From NCBI GenBank assembly GCA_031316235.1, contig JALDRA010000001.1:1860001-1892000 (forward strand): DNA of 32,000 bases, written 5' to 3'. Position 1 is the first letter of the stretch. The number at the start of each line of letters is the position of its first letter. Shown here one piece after another: positions 24,153 to 31,615 of this stretch. This DNA comes from Candidatus Scalindua sp. (GTDB lineage Bacteria > Planctomycetota > Brocadiia > Brocadiales > Scalinduaceae). The position numbers and the translations under genes are program-made. Below the pieces are notes generated by a model that did no database searches, was not told where the DNA came from, and saw only the letters and a list, made by a program, of their open reading frames with translations.

Positions 24153-24357
24153 CTCATTCTCCTCTCTAGAATTCGCAGAAAGTATGCATTTCTCAAAGGT
24201 CACTCAATTGTATTCTCAAGATCTCCTTAGAGTCCTCAAAATACAGTGAGGAACAAAACCAAATCATTACGTAAAATATCACTGCAGCAAGAACAGCACA
24301 CAGAAATTCACTTCATTAAACATATATCTGAAATAAACTTCAACAGATTTTTCTTGA

Positions 24358-24386
24358 TTGACAAATTCCAACTTAACCAATAAAAT
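24358..24386 (+). promoter_or_regulatory. Near-consensus sigma70-type promoter for the cobS-cobU-tal transcript
   Basis: TTGACA (24358-24363) - 17 nt - TAAAAT (24381-24386). It sits about 250 nt upstream of the cobS start. Confidence 0.55.
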
Positions 24387-24392
24387 GACCGT

Positions 24393-24637
24393 CGGGTGGT
24401 GGTGTCGGGGAAAAGCCTTGTTAGTTTCTTACCCAGTTTCGGGCTTATCTGGGTAGCTTCGCCACCATACACCCTTTTAAATACCTTTAAAGAAGCAGCC
24501 AGTGCAGGATGTCTTGCCGGTTAAGGGTTTTTCAAATCTACCCCTTTAACTGAGAATCCACAGAGGCACCTGGTTTCGCGTTCACCATTTTACAAAATCC
24601 CTCTTTCCGCATTCATACCTCAAAGGGGTTCAGCATC
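24393..24637 (+). promoter_or_regulatory. Structured 5' leader of cobS; candidate cobalamin riboswitch with an SD-sequestering expression platform
   Basis: About 245 nt lie between the promoter and the TTG start. Contains GGGGAAAAGCC, CGCCACC and a B12-box-like AGCCAGUGCAGGAUGUCUUGCCGG (24497-24520). 24541-24554 (ccccttt aacu gag) can pair with the SD region ctcaaagggg (24619-24628), or alternatively with ttaaggg (24521-24527). The fit to the canonical cobalamin core is only partial by eye. Confidence 0.45.
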
Positions 24638-25447
24638 TTGAAAGATTTTATCTGGACACTGCAATTTTTATCGGTTGTACCAATAACCACGGGCAATGAA
24701 AAAAGAGTTCCCAGGATATCACATATTGCATTCTGGTTTCCCATAGTTGGTGCCTGCATGGGTATTGTGTTGACATGTCTCTATCTTCTGGTACTTCAAC
24801 TGTTTCCAAACCAAATCGCCGATGCTATAATCTTGATAGCCTATATTGCCATGACGGGCGGATTTCATCTTGACGGCTTTGCTGACAGCTGTGACGGTTT
24901 GCTTGGTGGCAATAACAGGGAGAAGAGACTTGAGATAATGCGCGACAGTAGAGTGGGAACCTATGGGGTAATATGCCTGATAACAACCATTGGTTTAAAA
25001 TATTTATGTCTTGTATCAATTGATCCCAAAAATATGGTTGGAATATCTTTCTTCATTGGTCAGGATAGCGTTGAAAGATTAGGCCCTACTTTTTTCTATG
25101 CCTGTGAAAAAGGAAAGATACTCCTGTTTATGTGCGTCCTCGGTCGTTGGTCTCAGATTCTCTGTGCCTCGTTTTCTCCTTATGCCAGAGACGGAGAAGG
25201 AACTGGCCGGATAATAATTGAAACCATCAACCTTAAACATCTACTCATCTCTTCATGTATCCCCGGAATTCTTATTTTTTTCTTTTGTGGTCTGAAAAGT
25301 ATTTATGTATTATTTATTGTCCTGATTGTCTGTCTCATGTTTACCTCCTATGTGAAAGGAAAGATTGGAGGTATGACAGGAGATACCTTGGGTGCGGCAA
25401 ACGAGATAAGTGAGCTAACGGTCCTTCTTTCCTTTTTAATCATATAA
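24638..25447 (+). CDS. cobS: Adenosylcobinamide-GDP ribazoletransferase (cobalamin synthase)
   Basis: Polytopic membrane protein. GGFHLDGFADSCDGL, LEIMRDSRVGTYG, GGMTGDTLGAANEISEL match remembered E. coli/Salmonella CobS. TTG start: the N-terminus MKDFIWTLQFLSVVPI aligns with CobS MSKLFWAMLSFISRLPV. Confidence 0.88.
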   Translation: MKDFIWTLQFLSVVPITTGNEKRVPRISHIAFWFPIVGACMGIVLTCLYLLVLQLFPNQIADAIILIAYIAMTGGFHLDGFADSCDGLLGGNNREKRLEIMRDSRVGTYGVICLITTIGLKYLCLVSIDPKNMVGISFFIGQDSVERLGPTFFYACEKGKILLFMCVLGRWSQILCASFSPYARDGEGTGRIIIETINLKHLLISSCIPGILIFFFCGLKSIYVLFIVLIVCLMFTSYVKGKIGGMTGDTLGAANEISELTVLLSFLII

Positions 25448-25462
25448 TTCTGACTTTTGTTG

Positions 25463-26008
25463 ATGGCGAAATTAACATTCATTATTGGTGGTACCAGAAG
25501 CGGAAAGTCTGCATTTGCCATGCAAATTGCTGATAAACACCAAAAGGTCTGTTATGTTGCAACTGCCCGTTCATCACAAAGCGCAGCTATCAATGATGAT
25601 GAGATGCTTCAAAGGATAAGAAAACATCAAGAGAACAGACCCGCTGACTGGAAAACATTAGAAGCACCGCTGGAACTCGACAAGGCCATCTCTGGACTTG
25701 ATGAGGTATATGATGTTGTACTTATCGATTGCATTACTCTTTATGTTACAAATATGTTTCTGGAAGATTTCAAAATGAAAGAGCAAGAAGGAAACATAAT
25801 TGATGCAATAAATCGATTATGTATTGTTTGCAAGGAGATATCCTCTCATGTTATCATAGTTACCAGTGAAGTTGGCCAGGGTGTTGTACCGGACAACCTG
25901 TTAGCCAGGAGATTTCGAGATATTGCCGGACATGTTAACCAGTTGATCGCAAAAAAGGCAGATACGGTATTTCTCGTAACTGCCGGAATCGAAACGAAGA
26001 TTAAGTAG
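25463..26008 (+). CDS. cobU: Adenosylcobinamide kinase / adenosylcobinamide-phosphate guanylyltransferase
   Basis: P-loop [13 protein letters not shown], length about 180 aa, directly after cobS. ATG at 25463 preferred over the upstream TTGs at 25457/25460. Confidence 0.88.
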   Translation: MAKLTFIIGGTRSGKSAFAMQIADKHQKVCYVATARSSQSAAINDDEMLQRIRKHQENRPADWKTLEAPLELDKAISGLDEVYDVVLIDCITLYVTNMFLEDFKMKEQEGNIIDAINRLCIVCKEISSHVIIVTSEVGQGVVPDNLLARRFRDIAGHVNQLIAKKADTVFLVTAGIETKIK

Positions 26009-26055
26009 TGGTTGAACCACTAAGTAGATTAATTAACTTTTTTCAGGGAGATAGA

Positions 26056-26700
26056 ATGAAATTTTTTATTGATACTGCAGATGTAGAACAGATAAGGGAG
26101 GCAGAAAGCTTGGGGATTTTAGATGGGGTTACCACTAATCCCACATTAGTATCGAAAACAGGACGACCATTTAAAGAGATTCTTGAAGATATATGTTCAA
26201 TTGTGAAGGGCCCTGTAAGTGCTGAAGTGGTCAGCACAGATGTAAAAGGGATACTTCAGGAAGCGAGAAATCTGGCGAAGATTGCTGATAACATCGTCGT
26301 CAAAGTCCCCCTGATTAAAGAAGGACTTAAGGCGGTAAAGATTCTCACATCAGAAGGTATACACGTAAACGTTACCCTCTGTTTTTCTTCAAATCAGGCT
26401 CTACTTGCTGCAAAGGTGGGGGCTACCTACATCAGCCCCTTTGTGGGAAGACTAGATGATAAGGGACATACGGGGATGGATGTTATAGATGAAATTCGCA
26501 CCATTTATGACAACTATGGGTTTGAGACACAGATAATTGTCGCAAGTGTGAGAACGCCCCTGCATGTCAGGGATGCGGCACTCATGGGTGCCGACATTGC
26601 CACAATACCGTTTGATGTCTTTAATAAAATAGTACAACACCCACTGACTGATGACGGATTGAAGAATTTTCTTGCAGACTGGGAAAAGGTTCCGAAATAG
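26056..26700 (+). CDS. tal: Transaldolase, short (fructose-6-phosphate aldolase-like) subfamily
   Basis: [32 protein letters not shown] and the Schiff-base lysine context VVKVPL. 214 aa from ATG 26056 (SD gggag 5 nt upstream). The ORF-track GTG at 26008 would add a non-homologous 16 aa. Confidence 0.9.
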   Translation: MKFFIDTADVEQIREAESLGILDGVTTNPTLVSKTGRPFKEILEDICSIVKGPVSAEVVSTDVKGILQEARNLAKIADNIVVKVPLIKEGLKAVKILTSEGIHVNVTLCFSSNQALLAAKVGATYISPFVGRLDDKGHTGMDVIDEIRTIYDNYGFETQIIVASVRTPLHVRDAALMGADIATIPFDVFNKIVQHPLTDDGLKNFLADWEKVPK

Positions 26701-26907
26701 TACCCAGGGGCCAAAACCAAACTTCGGATACCGATGCGGCATTTTTCTCTTAAAACGGTAGATGAAAATCCATGCAAGAATAGGACTGTCAGTATTTGTC
26801 CATGGAAACAACATGATAATATTGACCGTGCAGAGTCCGCACTCAGTGCCCGTACAGGAACAGGAACGGATAATTCATTGTTGCTACCCGAATGCACCGG
26901 AAATATG

Positions 26908-28155
26908 TTACAGGTTCCGGGCTATATTTTCGCTTGTCACCAGGCCATCTACGAAATTATTTTTTTTCCATCGTTCCAGCATCAGTTTAAGAGGTTGCGC
27001 TTTCTGACTTTCTCCCCCCACAACGAGAATAATGTAAGGTCTTTTCTTCTGCCTCTGCAGATTTTTTTCAATCTCACAGAAATTTACCGTAAATATGGAA
27101 CTAAAGAAGTGTGCTGCATCGACAAGATCCTGCTTCGATATATTTGCATTACTATTGGCAATTTTTTTTAGTTTTTTAATCTGTTCAAATTCATCATATC
27201 TGAATTTTCCATTTTTCTGTTCAAATACTTCCGAGACTAAATGGTGAAACAAAAAGCCATCTTTACTAAAAGGTGCAAATGCTATTTCACCCATAATGTC
27301 AAAATTTCGTATAAAAGATTGCAGCCGCAAATTGTAAACATGGCGCATAAAACCCATGACAGGAAAATTCCATCTTATAGTGCCTAAACCAAGAATTACG
27401 ATGTCGCTCTGGAGAACTTCATTGTCAAATCCAAGCATTTTTTGGGTTCGAATTCGCTGCTCGACAATTTCATACAGTGATTCTTTGGTATAGAGGTTTG
27501 AGATCTCCGGTAACTGATAGGTATGCGCAACTTCGACATTTGAACTCTTGTTTAACAGTTGAGATACGATATGGAGCGGCGTCAGTTCAATTAAACTGTT
27601 TGATCTCAAAGCCAGGCAACTTGAAAAAACCAAATTTATATCCGAATGATCCAACTCCTCTGCTAAACTCATTACCGTATAAAAAACGCTGCTTCCTCCA
27701 GAAGCGGAAATTTTTATGACGGTTTCTTTCGTAAAATCATTATCACTCCTGTTACTCTTCATGCCTACCGATGCTTTCTCAAGTATATGATTTATTCTTC
27801 GTACCAGAATATCTGAGGCATACCTCCCTATTTGTTTCAGATAGGACTTTGTATTGACAAAATAATCTGCATTTTTCAATACCACAGCATCCTTGATATT
27901 ATAATTATTTACCAATTTTTTTTCCTGCGTCACATTTCTCTCATCATAAAACATCTTCAATGGGACATTTTTCTTCGTTTGCCAACTAGCCAGGCGCTTA
28001 GAGACCAGAGACTGCGACATCTGCAACTCGTTTGCTATCTCTTTTTGTGTCACGAATCGAGGCCATTTATCGTAGATAATCTTGGCAATCTTATTGTCAA
28101 GGTCAAGATGGCTGATAGCAATCCTGGGCCTATTATTCTGTCTTATTGTAGTCAT
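26908..28155 (-). CDS. SorC/CggR-like transcriptional regulator (N-terminal HTH plus sugar-phosphate-binding-type domain), atypically long at 415 aa
   Basis: HTH VTQKEIANELQMSQSLVSKRLASW. Family-like blocks ISASGGSSVF, SDIVILGLGTI, IMGEIAFAPFSKDG. C-terminal ILVVGGESQKAQPLKLMLE...DGLVTSENIARNL resembles the SorC consensus (G..Ka.ai.aal...L+TDe.tA..LL). Assignment is from remembered family patterns. Confidence 0.6.
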   Translation of the reverse strand: MTTIRQNNRPRIAISHLDLDNKIAKIIYDKWPRFVTQKEIANELQMSQSLVSKRLASWQTKKNVPLKMFYDERNVTQEKKLVNNYNIKDAVVLKNADYFVNTKSYLKQIGRYASDILVRRINHILEKASVGMKSNRSDNDFTKETVIKISASGGSSVFYTVMSLAEELDHSDINLVFSSCLALRSNSLIELTPLHIVSQLLNKSSNVEVAHTYQLPEISNLYTKESLYEIVEQRIRTQKMLGFDNEVLQSDIVILGLGTIRWNFPVMGFMRHVYNLRLQSFIRNFDIMGEIAFAPFSKDGFLFHHLVSEVFEQKNGKFRYDEFEQIKKLKKIANSNANISKQDLVDAAHFFSSIFTVNFCEIEKNLQRQKKRPYIILVVGGESQKAQPLKLMLERWKKNNFVDGLVTSENIARNL

Positions 28156-28461
28156 AATGCAGTTACTCCCAGAAAAACAGTTTCAGGAATTGTACTTCTC
28201 ATTATTACGAGAGAAAAACAACATTGTCATGCCTGTTCAGAAAAAAAAACGATCCTGCAATTAAAATCTATCATTCAAAAACAATATGATTAAAAATCAT
28301 ATTGTAATAATTATTATCTATTATAAGAACGGTAACCCCTTTATTTAAAGCCATTTTTCCTTTATGAGAATAATTATTATCTAAATGTTTTTTATATTTG
28401 TCTATAGTTTTTTTGATTTCTTATCGCTTGAGATGTGTTCATGTAGAGATGGCTCACGCCT

Positions 28462-28472
28462 CCCCCCCCCCC
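28462..28472. repeat. Homopolymeric C11 tract
   Basis: gcct ccccccccccc gcaggg. The 11 C were counted by hand, in an otherwise very AT-rich intergenic region, 372 nt upstream of the HAO-like ATG. Confidence 0.95.
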
Positions 28473-28843
28473 GCAGGGTGCAAGACAAAAAAATACACAC
28501 TGCCTTTTTACGGAGAAAAGGTAGTGGACACGGCTATTGAGAAAATTATTTTATATTATTTTAAGAATTTCAAGAATAATAAAATAAGCCAATTACAAGA
28601 CGCAACATCCGAATTTAAAATATTTTATATTATTTTATAATATTTATATCTAGTGCTTTGACCTATAAATTCTTATTATTATTATTGATTCCACATAATA
28701 AGAATGTAAGATACAATAGAACAAATAGGTGTTCAGCAAATTAAATTAAGAAAACCAAAGGAGGAGGGGAGGTCGTTGATTTTTACACCAACGGGAGAGC
28801 CGTGTAAGGAAAATTTATATAGTTTTAGAAAGGAGAAGTGCAT

Positions 28844-30589
28844 ATGTTAAAAAGAAGCAGTTTGTCAGTACTCGGTTTTATAGTATTTATGAGTGCATTA
28901 TGTGTCAGCACTGATTTTTCAACCAAAGAGGCAGAGGCGGTTGAAATCATCACGCACTGGGTGCCGCACGAAGTATACGGTATGCCTGGCGATCCTGACA
29001 ACTCTGGTAAGGTGTTCTTTTCAGGTCTGTATGCCAAATACATGGGGTATCCGGAAGGAGCGCCACCATATCCTGGTAAATACAGCCGATTCTGGAGAAC
29101 ACTTCCAGCATATCGTTATTACCTCCCGGATTTCATGTATAACAGGGACGAGATCAGGCCGTCTAACCCAATCAAGGGGCAGTTCAGACTTCAAGAATGT
29201 CTTGGCTGCCACTCAGTGGTTACCCCTGGTATCGTAAGGGATTATGAGAAGAGTGCACATGCCAAGGCTGAACCCAGCCCGACTGGATGTGACACTTGTC
29301 ATGGTAATAACCATCAGAAGCTTTTGATGCCGAGCTCAAAATCTTGTGGTGTAAGCGATTGCCACGAAGAGCAGTATGTACAAAATATGCAAGGAGGAAT
29401 CGGATCACACGGATCGTGTGCAAGCTTCGCTCAGATAGAATGTGCATGGTCAATTGAGAGACCTCCGGGAGATACAGCCGGATGTACTTTCTGCCATACA
29501 AGCTCAGAAGAGCGTTGCAGCACATGTCACCAGAGACATCAGTTCGATCCTGCAATAGCAAGACGATCAGAACAGTGCAAGACCTGTCACTGGGGTAAAG
29601 ACCACAGGGATTGGGAAGCATATGATATCTCAATACATGGAGTTGTGTATCAGGTCAACAAGAACGATCCAAGCAACTTCGATTTCTCGAAGAAGCTTTC
29701 TGATGCTGATTACGTAGGACCTACCTGTCAGTATTGTCATATGAGAGGCGGCCATCACAATGTGCAGAGACTGTCAACCGTATACACCAGCATGGGTATG
29801 TCGAATGCGGACAGAGGTGCACCTCTTTGGAAAGAGAAGAGAGACACCTGGGTATCGGTATGCGACGATTGTCACTCACCAAGGTTTGCAAGAGAGAACC
29901 TGCAGGCGATGGACGAGGCATGTAAAGATGCCGGTCTTAAGTATACGGAGACGTTCAAGATTGCAGAGAACCTGCAGCTCGATGGTATGGGCGAGCCTAT
30001 GCCGAAGGATCTGGCACCTGACTGGAGTGGTCAGCACATATGGAGTTTGAAGATTGGTGCGTACCATGATGGCCCCGAATACGGCGGAAAATCAGGTGAG
30101 TCTGGTGAGTTCAGAATGTCGAACTGCTCAGACATTGAAAGGGTCTGTTTTGAGAGTGTTGGATACTGGATGACTTACATATTCAAAGGCATGGCACACG
30201 GTTCATGGAACGATGCAACCTACTGTGACGGTTCCTTTGGTATGGACAGATGGCTTGTGAAGGCAAAGGCAGCTGCTGAGCAGGCGAGAAGGTTTACGGC
30301 AATAGAGAAGAAGGTTGGAATCAACTGGGTGCCACAGGATTTCTGGAGGCATGGCGATTGGTTAGAACAGTTGTCTGGATGGAAGATAGTGAAGGAGTAT
30401 CCTGGAAAGACAATATTCGATCTTTGTCCTGAGCCAGGCTGGCTTGATACACATCATGCACCAGCTGAGGAAGTGGAATACATAAACAGAAAGCTTAAAG
30501 AGCTGGGTATGACTGCCGGTTCACACAGTGCGCATGAGCAGCATTCCGGTGACCATGATCCTAATGCAAGATCCATGAAAGCACATTAA
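28844..30589 (+). CDS. hao: Octaheme hydroxylamine-oxidoreductase-like cytochrome c (HAO / hydrazine dehydrogenase family), secreted
   Basis: Signal peptide MLKRSSLSVLGFIVFMSALCVS. Eight heme c sites in HAO-like spacing: CLGCH, CDTCH, CGVSDCH (CX4CH), CTFCH, CSTCH, CKTCH, CQYCH, CDDCH. SD aggag lies 8 nt before ATG 28844 (the ORF-track GTG 28838 is too close to the SD). A strong terminator follows. Confidence 0.9.
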   Translation: MLKRSSLSVLGFIVFMSALCVSTDFSTKEAEAVEIITHWVPHEVYGMPGDPDNSGKVFFSGLYAKYMGYPEGAPPYPGKYSRFWRTLPAYRYYLPDFMYNRDEIRPSNPIKGQFRLQECLGCHSVVTPGIVRDYEKSAHAKAEPSPTGCDTCHGNNHQKLLMPSSKSCGVSDCHEEQYVQNMQGGIGSHGSCASFAQIECAWSIERPPGDTAGCTFCHTSSEERCSTCHQRHQFDPAIARRSEQCKTCHWGKDHRDWEAYDISIHGVVYQVNKNDPSNFDFSKKLSDADYVGPTCQYCHMRGGHHNVQRLSTVYTSMGMSNADRGAPLWKEKRDTWVSVCDDCHSPRFARENLQAMDEACKDAGLKYTETFKIAENLQLDGMGEPMPKDLAPDWSGQHIWSLKIGAYHDGPEYGGKSGESGEFRMSNCSDIERVCFESVGYWMTYIFKGMAHGSWNDATYCDGSFGMDRWLVKAKAAAEQARRFTAIEKKVGINWVPQDFWRHGDWLEQLSGWKIVKEYPGKTIFDLCPEPGWLDTHHAPAEEVEYINRKLKELGMTAGSHSAHEQHSGDHDPNARSMKAH

Positions 30590-30652
30590 TATTTTTCATG
30601 GTTTCTTGAGATGTTTAGGTAATGAGCAGTTCTGTTAGCAGTTTATAAGTAG

Positions 30653-30690
30653 ACAGGGGAGCCGGGTATATACCCGGCTCCCCTGTTTTG
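30653..30690 (+). terminator. Rho-independent terminator of the HAO-like gene
   Basis: Perfect GC-rich palindrome acaggggagccgggtatatacccggctcccctgt (30653-30686) running into a T4 tract (30686-30689). Confidence 0.9.
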
Positions 30691-30889
30691 TATATACTGA
30701 AACACTTAAACCAAAACCATCATTTTGGCCCATACATGTACGTTTTTGTTGACATGTTTTGAGAGTTAAAACAAAACCTCCTGGACCTGTCCCTGTACCA
30801 TTCTCAACTACAAGTATCATTCTCATAACGTATTACATTTTTTCCTTTATCAATCCCTCTTATGGTACGCTAATTGTGAAAAACACTTC

Positions 30890-31573
30890 ATGAGACAAAA
30901 GAAAATGGAAAATAATATAAACAGATGTATTCTGAATGGAAAATTTTCTCTCTGTCGGGAAGCCAGCCTGCATTACATCTCACAACTGCAGGAGTGTGTA
31001 AACCGGTTTAAGAGAGGGGAAACTGATGCAGCGGAATCTCTAGAAAAGTGCGGAAAAATTTTGAGTCAAATTACCGATCCAGAATTCCCCTTTTTCGCAG
31101 TGAGGCACTATAGAGAGCTTTTCTTATTTATTCTCTACCAGCTTCCAAAAGCATCATCACATGAAAAAGCTACGGCAAGCGAATCTCAAGAACCACTCAA
31201 TGGTAAATTAAGCAACATTTCTCGTATCAGGGAGAGAGAAAAGAGAAAATACCAAAGAGTCAAGCTGCCATTTCCGGTCATGTTCCGATTGAGAAAAAAA
31301 ATATTTCCTTCTTTCTGGAATATGGCAACAACCGAAGATTTAGGAACAATGGGTATGCTTTTCCATTATAAAAATGTCCTCAAAACAGACTCACTTCTTG
31401 ACTTAAAAATAGGTATTTCTCAAACCACACGAACCATAAATTGTATCGGGAAAATAATACGAACGATCAACCACCCAGATACTACCCGGCCCGGTATGGC
31501 AATTCAATTTGTTTACATTGGTGAAAGTGAAAGAATAACGCTCAATCAGCTTATTACGAAACATTCTCCATAG
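30890..31573 (+). CDS. PilZ-domain protein (C-terminal PilZ, N-terminal region of unknown function)
   Basis: C-terminal half has the PilZ pattern: KRKYQRVKLPFPVMFRL ... DLGTMGMLF ... IGKIIRTINH...PGMAIQFVYIGESERITLNQLI (RxxxR ... D/NxSxxG-like ... beta-barrel). The N-terminal ~115 aa are unassigned. Confidence 0.6.
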   Translation: MRQKKMENNINRCILNGKFSLCREASLHYISQLQECVNRFKRGETDAAESLEKCGKILSQITDPEFPFFAVRHYRELFLFILYQLPKASSHEKATASESQEPLNGKLSNISRIREREKRKYQRVKLPFPVMFRLRKKIFPSFWNMATTEDLGTMGMLFHYKNVLKTDSLLDLKIGISQTTRTINCIGKIIRTINHPDTTRPGMAIQFVYIGESERITLNQLITKHSP

Positions 31574-31615
31574 CAAACCTTAGCCATGAAATAAACACGG
31601 AATAGACATTTCCCC

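Noticed and set aside
24204-24360. Expected a glycine riboswitch upstream of gcvH
   Set aside because: I reverse-complemented the region by hand. I found none of the conserved glycine-aptamer elements (GGAGAG … CACCGAAGGGGCAA … CUCAGGCAAAAGGAC), only a plain ~110-160-nt leader. A cmsearch with RF00504 would settle it.
26881-26920. Possible hairpin ccggaa…ttccgg between convergent tal and the SorC-like gene, considered as a bidirectional terminator
   Set aside because: It has only a 6-bp stem with a 12-nt loop, the T-tract is weak on one side and absent on the other, and it partly overlaps the regulator's stop codon. Not convincing.
26734-27171. 145-aa + strand ORF after tal
   Set aside because: It is mostly antisense to the 3' part of the SorC-like gene, which has family-consistent C-terminal motifs. 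No SD is present.
28398-28640. 80-aa + strand ORF in the regulator/HAO intergenic region
   Set aside because: It runs through the C11 tract (giving PPP) and very AT-rich DNA, and its start codon is not an ATG. There is no SD, and the composition is low-complexity and not protein-like (…KIILYYFKNFKNNKI…FKIFYIIL). It is better explained as regulatory DNA.
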